Source of the DNA: an uncultured delta proteobacterium
GTDB lineage: Bacteria; Myxococcota_A; Polyangia; Fen-1088
Direction of reading: 5' to 3'
Length of the DNA stretch: 64,000 bases
Assembly (NCBI GenBank): GCA_963767925.1
Contig: CAVYGB010000008.1
Coordinates: forward strand, 3,104,001-3,168,000
Shown here: piece after piece, positions 20,261 through 30,378 of the stretch
Layout of the letters: each line of letters starts with the position of its first letter
Numbering within the stretch: the stretch's first letter is position 1
The notes under the pieces: generated by a model
What the model was told of the DNA's origin: nothing
The model's database searches: none
Seen by the model: the letters and a program-made list of their open reading frames with translations, nothing else
Translations under genes and position numbers: made by a program

Positions 20261-20401
20261 CTCTCGGCCCCCCCAGGAGCTCTTCACGTCCGAGGTCTGC
20301 CCGCCCGTTGATCCGGTCCATCAGGCCTCGAAGGCTGGCTCGAGGGCACCGCAGGCCCGATCCGGCCAGCGTCATCCGCCGCGCACATCAAGGAGGATTC
20401 G

Positions 20402-21043
20402 ATGAGTGTTCTCAAGGGTATGGCAGATGCCTTCCACATGGGCGGCCCCGGGATGTGGCCGATCCTGATCCTGCTCATGCTCACGATCGCCATCGTGGTC
20501 GAGCGCGCGGTCTTTCTCCGTCGCGCCGTCGTGGACAAGGACAAGCTCATGGGCCTGCTCCGCTCGCAGATCTCGGCGGGGAACATCCAGGGCGCCATCA
20601 AGGTGTGCTCGGGCAACTCGGCGCCCATCACCCGCATCGTCCAGGCCGGCCTGATGCGGGCCAACCGCTCGGAGGAGGAGATCCAGTCGGCGATGGACGA
20701 GGCCAGCTTGCGCGAGCTGCCCGCCATCGAGAAGCGGACCGGCTACCTGGCCATGCTCAGCAACCTCGCCACCCTGGCCGGTCTGCTCGGCACCATCCAC
20801 GGCCTCATCGGGGCCTTCGCCGGGGTCGCCGGCGTCGATCCCGCCCAGAAGGCCTCGCTGCTCTCGAAGGGCATCTCGGAGGCCATGCACTGCACGTTCT
20901 TCGGGCTGCTGGTCGGCATCGTCGGCCTGGCCGCCTTCGCCTGGCTCAACGGCAAGACCCAATCGATCCTCGACGACGCCGCGGAAGCGAAGAAGAGCGT
21001 CGCCAACATGGTGATCACGGCCAAGGCCGCCCTGCGTGGCTAG
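20402..21043 (+). CDS. aglR: MotA/TolQ/ExbB proton-channel protein, AglR-like (copy 1)
   Basis: GMWPI..ER, MDEASLRELP.IEKRTGYLAML.N...GLLGT.GLI and GISEAMHCTFFGL; strong AAGGAGG RBS. Confidence 0.8.
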   Translation: MSVLKGMADAFHMGGPGMWPILILLMLTIAIVVERAVFLRRAVVDKDKLMGLLRSQISAGNIQGAIKVCSGNSAPITRIVQAGLMRANRSEEEIQSAMDEASLRELPAIEKRTGYLAMLSNLATLAGLLGTIHGLIGAFAGVAGVDPAQKASLLSKGISEAMHCTFFGLLVGIVGLAAFAWLNGKTQSILDDAAEAKKSVANMVITAKAALRG

Positions 21044-21085
21044 GCGCAGGCTCGTTCCAAGTCCCGAAACAAGGAGAAAGACCCG

Positions 21086-21709
21086 ATGAATCTCTGGGAG
21101 TTCTTCAAGCTGGGTGGCCCGGGCATGTGGCCGATCCTCGTCCTCCTCATCATCACGGCTTATATCGCCATCGAGCGCTGGCTGTACCTGAGCAAGGCCA
21201 AGATCGACGTGGACAAGCTCATGTCGCTGCTCAAGTCGCAGATCGTCTCGGGCAACATCCGCGGGGCGATCTCCACCTGTGAGGCCACCCCGGCGCCGCT
21301 GACCCGCATCATCGCGGCCGGCCTGCGGCGGGTGGGCGGTCCCGAGCAGGAGGTCCAGCAGGCGATGGACGAGGAGGCCCTGCGCGAGCTGCCCCGGGTC
21401 GAGAAGCGCACCGGGTACCTCGCCATGCTCAGCAACCTCGCCACCCTGGCCGGTCTGCTCGGCACCATCCACGGCCTCATCGGCTCCTTCGCCGCCGTGG
21501 TCGGCGTCGACCCGTCCCTCAAAGCGACATTGCTCTCGAGGGGTATCTCGGAGGCCATGCACTGCACCTTCTTCGGGCTGCTCACCGGCATCCTGGGGCT
21601 GGCGCTGTTCGCCGTGCTCAACGGCAAGACCCAGGCGATCATCGACTCCATCAACCAGGGGTCGGTCGAGGCGCTCAACCTCGCCACCACCGGCCGGAAC
21701 GAGGGCTGA
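21086..21709 (+). CDS. aglR: MotA/TolQ/ExbB proton-channel protein, AglR-like (copy 2)
   Basis: Tandem paralog of 20402-21043 with the same motifs and its own AAGGAG RBS. Confidence 0.8.
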   Translation: MNLWEFFKLGGPGMWPILVLLIITAYIAIERWLYLSKAKIDVDKLMSLLKSQIVSGNIRGAISTCEATPAPLTRIIAAGLRRVGGPEQEVQQAMDEEALRELPRVEKRTGYLAMLSNLATLAGLLGTIHGLIGSFAAVVGVDPSLKATLLSRGISEAMHCTFFGLLTGILGLALFAVLNGKTQAIIDSINQGSVEALNLATTGRNEG

Positions 21710-21756
21710 TCCAACGCCGGGACCAACGGGTTTCCCAGCAAGGGAGCTGAACCAAC

Positions 21757-22230
21757 ATGGGTGTTTCCATCCAGTCCGGAGGCGGGGGCGGCAAGAAGCC
21801 GCTCAACGCCGACCTCAACCTGGTCCCCTATATCGACCTGCTCACCTGCATGGTCGCCTTCCTGCTCATCACGGCGGTGTGGACGCAGCTTGCCCGCTTG
21901 CAGGCCAGTCAGAAGGGCCAGGGGCAGGCCGGCGAGGACACCCCTCCCGAGCAGCAGGTCAACATCGTCGTGGTGGTCAACCAGGACGGCTACAACCTGG
22001 TGGTCGGCCAGGAGCAGACCCCCATCCCCAAGAAGGGCGAGGGCTACGACCTCGAGAAGCTCGGCACCGAGCTCAAGAAGGTCAAGGACGCCCACCCCGA
22101 CAAGAACGACGTCAAGGTGGCCTCCGAGGACCAGATCAAGTTCGAGACCCTGGTCTTCACGATGGATGCTGTGTTGAGCGCGAGGTTCCCTGACATCTCA
22201 CTTGTCGATACCGGGGCGGCCGGGATCTAG
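21757..22230 (+). CDS. aglQ: ExbD/TolR-family protein, AglQ-like
   Basis: LNLVPYIDLLTCMVAFLLITAVWTQ (TM Asp present); order after aglR matches aglRQS. Confidence 0.7.
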   Translation: MGVSIQSGGGGGKKPLNADLNLVPYIDLLTCMVAFLLITAVWTQLARLQASQKGQGQAGEDTPPEQQVNIVVVVNQDGYNLVVGQEQTPIPKKGEGYDLEKLGTELKKVKDAHPDKNDVKVASEDQIKFETLVFTMDAVLSARFPDISLVDTGAAGI

Positions 22231-22239
22231 GAGCGGACC

Positions 22240-22794
22240 ATGCCATTTCACGCACCAGGCCCGCACCTCTACAGCTCGATCAAGCTCGAGGCCGCCTCCG
22301 CCAAGCTGAGCAAACACGGGCGCAAGAGCCTGTACGAGGCGCTCAACCTCGTGGCCTACATCGACATGATGACGATGCTGGTCATCTTCCTGCTGATGTC
22401 GTTCTCGGCCAGCGGGGAGATCCTCTTCGTGCAGAAGAACATCACCCTGCCTGACGCTCAGAACTGGACCGACCTCGAGCGGGCGCCGGTGATCGCCCTC
22501 TCCCAGGAGGTGGTCACCCTCGACGGCAACCAGATCGCCACCATGGACCAGCTCATGCAGGACAACACCAGCGGGGACTTCAAGATCCCCGAGCTGTTCG
22601 ACATGCTGGTCACCTTCAAGAACAACTACAAGCTGCTCCACCCCACCGAGCCCTTCGGAGGCGTGGCCATCGTGCAGTCCGACCGGAACGTGGAGTTCAA
22701 GGCCCTGCGGAAAGTCATGTTCACCGCCCAGGTGGCGGGCTACAACAACGTCAACTTCGCGGTCGCCCCGAAGGCGAAGGGCGGCGGGGGCTAG
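22240..22794 (+). CDS. aglS: ExbD/TolR-family protein, AglS-like
   Basis: LNLVAYIDMMTMLVIFLLMSFSASGE...LP.A and ..KVMFTA..AGY..VNFAV. Confidence 0.7.
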   Translation: MPFHAPGPHLYSSIKLEAASAKLSKHGRKSLYEALNLVAYIDMMTMLVIFLLMSFSASGEILFVQKNITLPDAQNWTDLERAPVIALSQEVVTLDGNQIATMDQLMQDNTSGDFKIPELFDMLVTFKNNYKLLHPTEPFGGVAIVQSDRNVEFKALRKVMFTAQVAGYNNVNFAVAPKAKGGGG

Positions 22795-22869
22795 TCCGCG
22801 CCGGTCCTCAGCAGCTTTCCTGACAACAAAGAGGCGGCGGCAGGCCGCCTCTTCCGTTTGGAGGTCATC

Positions 22870-24530
22870 ATGCGCAGCCTTGGACGGACTTTCATCCTCG
22901 TCTCTGCCCTCCTGGCGAGCCTCCCGGGTTGCTCCGGGGATCCCAACGATCCCCGCACCTGGGCCAAGAAGCTCGGCAACCTGCGCGAGCAGAAGGAAGC
23001 GCTCGATCGCATCGCCCAGATGGACGTCGAGCGGTCCCGGGTCGTGGTCCCCGACCTGATCAAGCTGTACGAGGACACCCGCGCCGCCGAGCACCTCTCG
23101 GCCCTGGCCCGCTACCAGGACCCCCGGACCACGCCGGTGTTCATCGAGGCCCTCTCCTACAGCGACGAGGAGTTCGACAAGGCCATCATCGCCGCTGCGG
23201 TGCTGGGCGAGATGAAGGCGACCGCCGCCGTCGACAAGCTGATCGAGGCGGCCGAGAAGCAGCTCCCCATCAAGTCGCGGGCCAACGCCGCCAAGCTGGA
23301 GGCCATCCGGGCCCTGGTCAAGATCGGAGACCCCAAGGCGGTCCCCCCCTGATCACCATCTTGACCACCTCGGCCGACGAGCAGGACTTCCTGCTCAACC
23401 AGCGGGCCGCCCTCGGCCTGGCCGAGATGCGCGATCCCCGGGCCATCCCGGCCCTCATCAAGGGCCTGTTCATGACCGGCCGGGGCACCGACATCTTCCA
23501 GGAGTGCCGGCTGGGGCTGGTGCGCCTGGGTGAGGCGGCCGTCGGCCCGGTCATCCAGCTCCTGCAGGGGAAAAACGCCGAGGTCCGGGAGATGGCGGCG
23601 AAGTTCAACTTCGACAAGGTCACGCCCGGGGTGGTGCCCTACAAGGCCACCTACCTGCTGGGGGACCTGCGGGCGGTCAAGGCGGTGCCCCTGCTGGTCG
23701 AGCGCCTGGGCATCCCTGCTCGAGGCAGCGAGCACTCGGCCATCCTTATCTCGCTCGGGCAGATCGGCACCCCCGCCGCGGTCGACGCCCTGCTGGCGGT
23801 GCTCCAGAACGCCAAGGCCGAGCCCAGCCTGCGCGCCTCCGCGGCGGACGCTCTCTACATGACCGGCGACCCGCGGGCGGTGCCGGTGCTGCTGGAGGTC
23901 GCGCGCTCGGGATACGTCACGGTGGGGGGGCAAAAGGCCTCCGACCTGCGGGCCAACGCGGCCATCGACTTCGCCCGCCTGGCCGGGCCCGAGCAGTTCG
24001 CCCCCTTCAAGGCCCTGGTCGACAAGGAGACCGAGGTCCAGGGCGTGTTCGGCGAGGCCCTCGACCGGCTACAGGTGGCCAAGGAGTGCCGCTCCGACCT
24101 GGCCTGTTACGGCAAGACGCTCAACGATCCGGCCTGGCCCCGGGCCGAGCGGGCGGCCTTCGCCCTGGGCTTCTCCGGGGACAAGGCGGCCGTCCCGCTG
24201 CTGCTGGCCGGGCTGCGTCCGCTGGTGACCCTGCCGCAGGAGCGCTACCTGGTCCAGCAGGCGGTGCTGTTCAGCCTGGTCCGGGTGGCCGACAAGACCT
24301 GCAAGGACTGCGAGGAGAAGCTGGTCAAGCAGATCGAGCGCGACGAGAAGGCGGTCCGCCTCCCCGGCGCGCGCAGCCTGCTGGCCGAGACCCGGGTGGC
24401 CCTGGCCCAGATCCAGAACGCCGAGCCGGGCGCCCGCAAGGCCCCCGCCCTGGCCGACAGCAGCGAGCCCGCCGCCGCCAAGGGCCCCCGGGGCAAACCC
24501 GCCGGAAAAAACGCCAAGCGCCGCCGCTAG
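22870..24530 (+). CDS. HEAT-repeat lipoprotein, one base missing in the C7 run at 23343-23349
   Basis: Signal peptide with Cys (LPGC) and HEAT/PBS-lyase-like repeats (AAAVLGEM, IRALVKIGD, AALGLAEMRD, LISLGQIG). Adding one C gives ..KAVPPLITIL.. and 553 aa. Confidence 0.75.
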
Positions 24531-24545
24531 CAGACCAGCGGTCCG

Positions 24546-25004
24546 CTACTCGCGGGTGTGCTCGACGACGATGGTCGTGTGGATCCCGCCGCGGACATTG
24601 AAGTCGCCCTCGACGCGGAGGCGGCGGGGAGCGATGGCTGCCACCAGGTCCTCGAGGATGCGGTTGGTGACCGCCTCGTGGAAGGTGCCCTCGTTCCGGT
24701 ACGACCAGAGGTAAAGCTTCCAGGACTTCAGCTCCACGCAGAGCTGGTCGGGCACGTATTCGATCCGGATGGTGGCGAAGTCGGGCTGCCCAGTCTTGGG
24801 GCACAGGCAGGTGAACTCCGGGCACTCGAAGCGGATGGTGTAGTCCCGCCCCGGGTTGGGGTTGGGGAACGTCTCGAGCGTGCGCGACGGTGAAGCAGAT
24901 GCAGCGCCGGACGTAGCGCCGGACGTAGCGCCGGACGTGGCACCTGACGGGGCGCCAGACGCAGCGACAGGTGCAGTTACATATGATTGACTGGCGGTCG
25001 ACAC
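24546..25004 (-). CDS. queF: NADPH-dependent preQ0 reductase QueF (short type)
   Basis: [34 protein letters not shown] and FNVRGGI. Start uncertain (GTG 25004 or 25034). Confidence 0.92.
   Translation of the reverse strand: MSTASQSYVTAPVAASGAPSGATSGATSGATSGAASASPSRTLETFPNPNPGRDYTIRFECPEFTCLCPKTGQPDFATIRIEYVPDQLCVELKSWKLYLWSYRNEGTFHEAVTNRILEDLVAAIAPRRLRVEGDFNVRGGIHTTIVVEHTRE
24904..24963. repeat. Five 12-bp tandem units (GCGCCGGACGTA-like) encoding SGAx repeats at the QueF N-terminus
   Basis: GCGCCGGACGTA x2, GCGCCGGACGTG, GCACCTGACGGG, GCGCCAGACGCA. Confidence 0.8.
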
Positions 25005-25071
25005 GGGGCCGGCAACATTGACACGTCTTCGCACCGCACGCTAACTTGCACGGGCTCGCAGCACGATCAAC

Positions 25072-25758
25072 ATGCGCGGCTCCCACCTTCTGGTCTGTGC
25101 GGTCATAGTCGGCGTCGGGCTCGGGATCGCCCGGGAGACCGCGGCGGCGCCGGTGCGCGGTACCCTCCAGCTCCCGGCCGAGCTGAAGTCGGGCCGCCGG
25201 CTGCGGGGCTACTGGCGGCTGGAGAACGGGATCGTCCCGGTCGCGCCCGCGGCCAACCGGAGCGAGACGGTCGTGGTGCTGTCCGGCGTCAAGGGCCCGC
25301 CGCCGCCGGCCCGCACGGTCACCGTCGACATCACCGGCTTTCAGCCCGTCCCCTGGACGGTGGTTGTCGGCGAGGGTTCGGTGGTCGAGTTCAAGAACTC
25401 GGACCGCGTCCCGCACGACCTGTCGTTGCCCGACCTACCTTCGCTCATGTCCATCGAGCGGCTGGCCCCGGGAGCCTTGCGGCGGCAGAGATTCCTCACC
25501 GCGGGGGGCTACGCCGTGCGCGACTCGGAGCACCCCCACCTCGTGATCTCCGTGCTGGTGGTGGGCTCGCCGTATTACGATCTCGCCGATGAACGGGGGG
25601 GCTTCCGGATCGCCGACGCCCCCGAGGGCAAGGCCACCTTGAAGGTGTGGAGCGGGGGCAAGTGGGTGCACGAGCAGGCGATAGAGGTGGGACCGCGATC
25701 GGACGGCCTGCAGATCCGGATCGCGGACGGCGCAGGCAAGCCGGCCGCGGCTGACTGA
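25072..25758 (+). CDS. Secreted protein with cupredoxin-like and carboxypeptidase-regulatory-like segments
   Basis: Signal peptide, FQP..VVV..GS.VEFKNSD..PH and G.F.I.D.P.G..TLKVW. TTGACA-N18-TAACTT upstream (25018-25047). Confidence 0.7.
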   Translation: MRGSHLLVCAVIVGVGLGIARETAAAPVRGTLQLPAELKSGRRLRGYWRLENGIVPVAPAANRSETVVVLSGVKGPPPPARTVTVDITGFQPVPWTVVVGEGSVVEFKNSDRVPHDLSLPDLPSLMSIERLAPGALRRQRFLTAGGYAVRDSEHPHLVISVLVVGSPYYDLADERGGFRIADAPEGKATLKVWSGGKWVHEQAIEVGPRSDGLQIRIADGAGKPAAAD

Positions 25759-25781
25759 GCCAGGGAGAAAGAACCGGCGCC

Positions 25782-27782
25782 ATGTTCCTCTCGAAGATCT
25801 GGTTCGTGCTCGTCGGGCTGGGGGCAGGCGCCGCCGCCACCGCCGCGTTCGTGGCGCCCCGGGCGGCCGATCGCGAGATCGTGAACCTGCAGGGCGAGCG
25901 GCTCGACCGGGCCCAATACGCCGCCGAGCAGATGCTGAAGGCGGACGCCCATAGCTGGATCGACTACGTCGCCAAGCTGAGCCGGGACGCCAACCTGGCC
26001 GACTCGCTCGACGCCGCCAGCCGGGGGGCGGGCGAGGCCCGGGTTGTCAGCGACACCGCCCGGGCGCGCCTCAAGGCCCTGGTGCCGAACCTGGGCGGCA
26101 TCGGCCTGGAGTCGGTCGGCGCGGTCGACGCCCGGGGCCGGCTCATCGCCCGCCTCGGGGAGCGGGAGGGCGAGAGCGGCGAATCGCTGGCCGGCATCGA
26201 GGTCATCTCCGACGCCCTCCGCGGTTACCTGTCGGACGACGTCTGGGGGGCGGGGGGCAAGCTGCAGCGGGTGGCGGCGGTCCCGGTGCTGTCGCGGGCC
26301 CGCGACAGGATCGTCGGCGCGCTCTGGGTGGGGGCGGAGACCGGCAAGCGCCTGGCCGAGGTCTGGAAGCAGAACCTGGGGCTCGACATCGCCATCCTGC
26401 TGCGCGGGAAGGTGGCCACCTCGACCGTGCCCGAGGCGCTCATCAGCGGGCTGCCCGCCAAGATCGAGGAGCGCAAGCAGGAGATCACCGACTCGCGCCG
26501 CACCCGCCCGATCAGCTTCAACGTCGGTTCGGATCGGCTGCTGGCGGTGGCGGCCCCGTTCATCGGCCAGGCCGGCGAGCAGGGTGGCCTCTTCGCCCTC
26601 ATCGGCAAGGTCTCGCCCGCCTCCAGCCCGTTCGCCCTGATGGACACCACCACCGCCGAGGACCTGAGCTGGGGCAACTTCCCCTGGCTGGGGCTGGCCT
26701 TCTCGCTGGTCGTCATCCTGGGGGTGGGGCTGGCCCTGCAGCGGCTGGAGACCGAGCGCCCCTTGCAGCGGCTGCGCGACGAGGTGCAGCGGCTGGCCCG
26801 CGGGGAGCTGCAGAAGCTCGACGACACCGTCCACCCAGGCAAGTTCGGGGGCATCGCCCGCGACGTCAACGCGGCCATGGAGCGGTTCACCCTCGCCTCG
26901 CCACACCGCACGGACACCGCCCGCAAGGACCTGGGGGCCATCCTGGGCCCGGCGCCCACCGCGCCGCCCTCCCGGACGGCCGGCGTGTCGGCCAGCGTGT
27001 TCGACCTGCCCCAGTCTCACTTCGACACGCTGGCGCCCCCCTCGGCCGCCTTCGGCGGCATGTCCCGTCCTGCCACGCCCTCGCCCATGTTCCTGACGCC
27101 GCCCGCGCCGGAGGCGGCCGCTCCCCTGGGCGAGCTGCCCCCCTCGCGCGAGGTGAGCCCCCCCCGCGGTTACGGCGGCCCCCCCACCCTGACCGGGGCG
27201 GCCAACCTGGGCGCCATGCCGGAGCGCCGCCTGAGCTCACCGCCGATGCAGCCGCCGCCTCCCGCCCCACCCGGGCCCGCCCCGAGCCGGCCGCCCCTGC
27301 CTCCCCTCCCCCCGTCTTTCGGGCCATCGCTGACGGCGGCGTCCTCCGAGGACAACGTGCCGACCGGCATCGTCGCCAACCCCTTCGCCGCCGGCAGCCC
27401 GGCCTACGGCGAGCAGGTCACGGCGGTGGGCGCCGCGGCCCTCGAGGCCCGCAACGCCATGACCGCGATCGCGAGCCCCGCCGCGCCCCTGTCCGAGGAG
27501 GACGCGGGCGAGGAGGAGCCCTCCTCCCCCGGCAGCAACGGCAACGACGAGCCCCTCGACGACCGGGCCTACACCGCCCACATCCGCGAGGTGTTCGAGG
27601 CCTACGTGGCCACCCGCCGGCGCTGCGGCGAGACCGTCGCCACCTTGACCCTCGACAAGTTCCAGGCCCGGCTCGACACGAACCGGCAGCAGCTCGTCGC
27701 CAAATACGGCTGCCGGAGCGCGCGCTTCTCGGTCTACGTCAAGGACGGCAAGGCGGCGGTCAAGGCGACACCGCTCCGGTAG
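25782..27782 (+). CDS. MXAN_5187-family-like membrane protein (periplasmic domain, HAMP-like segment, Pro-rich linker, conserved C-terminal domain)
   Basis: Two TM segments. C-terminus VFEAYVATRRRCGE..LTLDKF..L..N..L..KY.C....FSVYVKDGKAAVKATP is recognised from memory as this myxobacterial family. Confidence 0.7.
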   Translation: MFLSKIWFVLVGLGAGAAATAAFVAPRAADREIVNLQGERLDRAQYAAEQMLKADAHSWIDYVAKLSRDANLADSLDAASRGAGEARVVSDTARARLKALVPNLGGIGLESVGAVDARGRLIARLGEREGESGESLAGIEVISDALRGYLSDDVWGAGGKLQRVAAVPVLSRARDRIVGALWVGAETGKRLAEVWKQNLGLDIAILLRGKVATSTVPEALISGLPAKIEERKQEITDSRRTRPISFNVGSDRLLAVAAPFIGQAGEQGGLFALIGKVSPASSPFALMDTTTAEDLSWGNFPWLGLAFSLVVILGVGLALQRLETERPLQRLRDEVQRLARGELQKLDDTVHPGKFGGIARDVNAAMERFTLASPHRTDTARKDLGAILGPAPTAPPSRTAGVSASVFDLPQSHFDTLAPPSAAFGGMSRPATPSPMFLTPPAPEAAAPLGELPPSREVSPPRGYGGPPTLTGAANLGAMPERRLSSPPMQPPPPAPPGPAPSRPPLPPLPPSFGPSLTAASSEDNVPTGIVANPFAAGSPAYGEQVTAVGAAALEARNAMTAIASPAAPLSEEDAGEEEPSSPGSNGNDEPLDDRAYTAHIREVFEAYVATRRRCGETVATLTLDKFQARLDTNRQQLVAKYGCRSARFSVYVKDGKAAVKATPLR

Positions 27783-30378
27783 GCGGGGCGGGCGCCGGCG
27801 TCTCCGACCCCGCGCCGAAGAGGAGCTGGTCCGCCCGCGAGGCCTCCTCGCGGGTCACGGTCGTCTCCCTCGGCGCGGTGCCGGTCACGAAGACCTCCTC
27901 GATCCCCTCCGCCCCCGGCGGTGGGAGCAGCCCGGTGGCCGGATCGATCCGCACCACCTCGATCCCGGGCGGGGCGGGGAAGTCCTTCACCGGACGATCG
28001 GCGAGGGCCTTGGCCATGAACTCGGTCCAGATCGGGACCGCCGTGCGCCCGCCCGCCTCGCGCTCGCCCAGGGTGCGGCCGTCGTCGAAGCCGAGCCACA
28101 CCGCCACCAGCAGGTCGGGGGAGAAGCCGACGAACCAGGCGTCGCGCCCGTCGCTCGAGGTGCCGGTCTTGCCGGCCAGCGGCCGGCGCAAGCGGGCCCC
28201 CGCTGCCCGGGCGGTGCCCTCCTCCACCACGCTGCGCATGAGCGACACCGTCAGGTAGGCGATCTCGGGGGGCATCGCCGCCACCGGCTGGTCGGTGCGG
28301 GGCAGCTCCTGGCCGTCGATGGCGACGACAAGGCGGGAGCTGAGCCGCTGTCCCCCGTCGACGAAGGTGGCGAAGGCGCCGGCCAGCTCGAAGGGGGTCA
28401 CGCTGTTGGTGCCGAGGGCCAGCGACAGGCCGACGTCGGGCGGCAGGGGGGTGACGATGCCGCTGCGGGTGGCGAGCTGGACCACCGCGGGCACCCCTAC
28501 CTCGTTGAGCAGGCGAATGGCCACCGTGTTGATCGAGTTGGCCAGGGCGGCGCGCAGGCTGACCGGACCGCGGAACTGCTCGCGCTCGTAGTTCTGCGGC
28601 TTCCACAGGTCGTAGACCTCGGGCGCGTCGTTGACGATGGAGGCGGCCGTCCGGCCCTGGGCCAGCGCGGCCGCGTAGACGAACGGCTTGAAGGCCGACC
28701 CGGGCTGGCGGGCCGCCCGCTGCGCGCGGTCGTACCCCCCGGCGCGGTAGCCGTAGCCGCCCACCAGGGCCAGCACCTCGTGGGCCTTCGGATCGAGCAC
28801 CACCATGGCGGCCTGCGGTCCCAGCTCCAGGGCCAGGGGCTGCAGGCCCTTCTGCACCTCGCCGGGGCGGCGCCGATCGCCGGCCAGCCGCACGCGCACG
28901 AGGTCGCCCGGCTTGAAGCGCTCGACCAGCCAGGGCTTGGGGCCCCGCGTGTAGCGGGGCTCGCCCGCCAGGTCGACGAGGCCCTGCCGGCCGCCGATGT
29001 CGACGATGAGGCGGCCGCTCTGCCCGGGGCTCGCGCCGGGGCGGGGCGCCTCCCGCTCGACCCGATCGACGACCCCCTGGAAGATGTCGTAGTCCCCCAG
29101 CGGGCGCAGGCCGTGGCGCAGGGGGCGCTTGTTGCGAGCGGCCGCCACCTTGGCGGCGTCGCCGCCCTGGCCCAGCTCGCGGGCCAGGGCCAGCTCGTAG
29201 CGGTACTGCTCGAGCTTGGCGCCGTCGAGGTGGCCCGCCGGGCCCCGGAAGCCCTGCCGCTGGTCGACCCCCTCGAGCCCCCGCTCGAGGCTCTCGCGGG
29301 CCAGCTTCTGCAGGGGGAGATCGATCGTCGTCTTCACGGTGGCGCCCAGGGTGGGCAGCACCTCGGGGCTGTATTTCTCGGCCAGCACCCGCTGCACGCT
29401 GCCGAGGGCCTCGGGGGCCTGGCCGGTCTCGCTGCGCGAGGGGGGCAACACCTGGATGGGCTGCCTGGCCACCGCATCGGCCGCGGCCTTGTCGATGTAG
29501 CCATGGTCCACCATCTGCCGGAGGACGTAGAGCTGGCGGTTCTTGGCCGACTGGGGGTTCTTGTAGGGCGAGTGGCTCTCGGGGCGCTGGGGCACGCCGG
29601 CCAGGAAGGCCCCCTCGGCCAGGGTGATGTCGCTGACCGACTTGCCGAAGTAGTGCTGCGAGGCCTCCTCGCAGCCGTAGTGGCCGCCTCCGTAGTTGAT
29701 GTGGTTGAGGTAGATCATCAAGATCTCGTCCTTGGAGAGCTGGCGCGACAGCCGGCGGGCCAGGATCAGCTCCTGGATCTTCCGGCGCACGGTCTTCTCC
29801 GGCGAGAGCACCAGCGGCTTGATGACCTGCTGGGTGATCGTGGATCCGCCCTGACCCCAGCGACCCGGCCCGAACCGGCCGCTCATGAGGTTGGTGACCT
29901 GCGAGCGCAGCACCGCCCAGTAGTCGATCCCCTCGTGCTGGTAAAACGAGGGGTCCTCGGCCGCGATAACGGCGTCCTTGAAGTGCTTCGGGATGACCGA
30001 AAGCGGCACGACCCGCCGCCGCTCCGGGCTGCCCACCGACCCGATGAGCGCGCCGTTGCGGTCGAGCACCCGCGTCATCTGGGGCGGGCGGTAGTCGCTG
30101 ATCTTCTTCAGGTTGGGCAGCTTGGGGTCGCTGCCGTAATAGAGAAACAGCCCGCTGGCGACGACCAGCCCGGCCGCGCCGGCCACCAGGAACCCGATGG
30201 CGGTCAGCTTGAGCCCGCGCAGGAAACGCTGGCGGCGATCGCCGCCGCCGCCCCGGCGTCGGTTGACACCCCGGCGCCCCCGCTTCGGCCGGGGGTCCTC
30301 GTCCTCCATGTCGATCCCGATAATGTGGTCGTTCTCCTTCAGCCCCCCGCCGCCGTCCCCACTGCCCGAGCTGGCCAT
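27760..30378 (-). CDS. mrcA: Class A penicillin-binding protein PBP1A
   Basis: Glycosyltransferase motifs AAEDPSF, GGSTITQQ and RKIQE; transpeptidase motifs SAFK, SIN and KTGT. Confidence 0.93.
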   Translation of the reverse strand: MASSGSGDGGGGLKENDHIIGIDMEDEDPRPKRGRRGVNRRRGGGGDRRQRFLRGLKLTAIGFLVAGAAGLVVASGLFLYYGSDPKLPNLKKISDYRPPQMTRVLDRNGALIGSVGSPERRRVVPLSVIPKHFKDAVIAAEDPSFYQHEGIDYWAVLRSQVTNLMSGRFGPGRWGQGGSTITQQVIKPLVLSPEKTVRRKIQELILARRLSRQLSKDEILMIYLNHINYGGGHYGCEEASQHYFGKSVSDITLAEGAFLAGVPQRPESHSPYKNPQSAKNRQLYVLRQMVDHGYIDKAAADAVARQPIQVLPPSRSETGQAPEALGSVQRVLAEKYSPEVLPTLGATVKTTIDLPLQKLARESLERGLEGVDQRQGFRGPAGHLDGAKLEQYRYELALARELGQGGDAAKVAAARNKRPLRHGLRPLGDYDIFQGVVDRVEREAPRPGASPGQSGRLIVDIGGRQGLVDLAGEPRYTRGPKPWLVERFKPGDLVRVRLAGDRRRPGEVQKGLQPLALELGPQAAMVVLDPKAHEVLALVGGYGYRAGGYDRAQRAARQPGSAFKPFVYAAALAQGRTAASIVNDAPEVYDLWKPQNYEREQFRGPVSLRAALANSINTVAIRLLNEVGVPAVVQLATRSGIVTPLPPDVGLSLALGTNSVTPFELAGAFATFVDGGQRLSSRLVVAIDGQELPRTDQPVAAMPPEIAYLTVSLMRSVVEEGTARAAGARLRRPLAGKTGTSSDGRDAWFVGFSPDLLVAVWLGFDDGRTLGEREAGGRTAVPIWTEFMAKALADRPVKDFPAPPGIEVVRIDPATGLLPPPGAEGIEEVFVTGTAPRETTVTREEASRADQLLFGAGSETPAPAPPTGAVSP

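Noticed and set aside
24904..24963. CRISPR-like array
   Set aside because: Contiguous 12-bp units without spacers; no cas genes.
25005..25071. preQ1 riboswitch upstream of queF
   Set aside because: No class I hairpin with an A-rich tail is visible; the gap looks like a divergent promoter.
27760..27782. Convergent 3' overlaps (here and at 656-680)
   Set aside because: Short tail overlaps are ordinary in GC-rich genomes.
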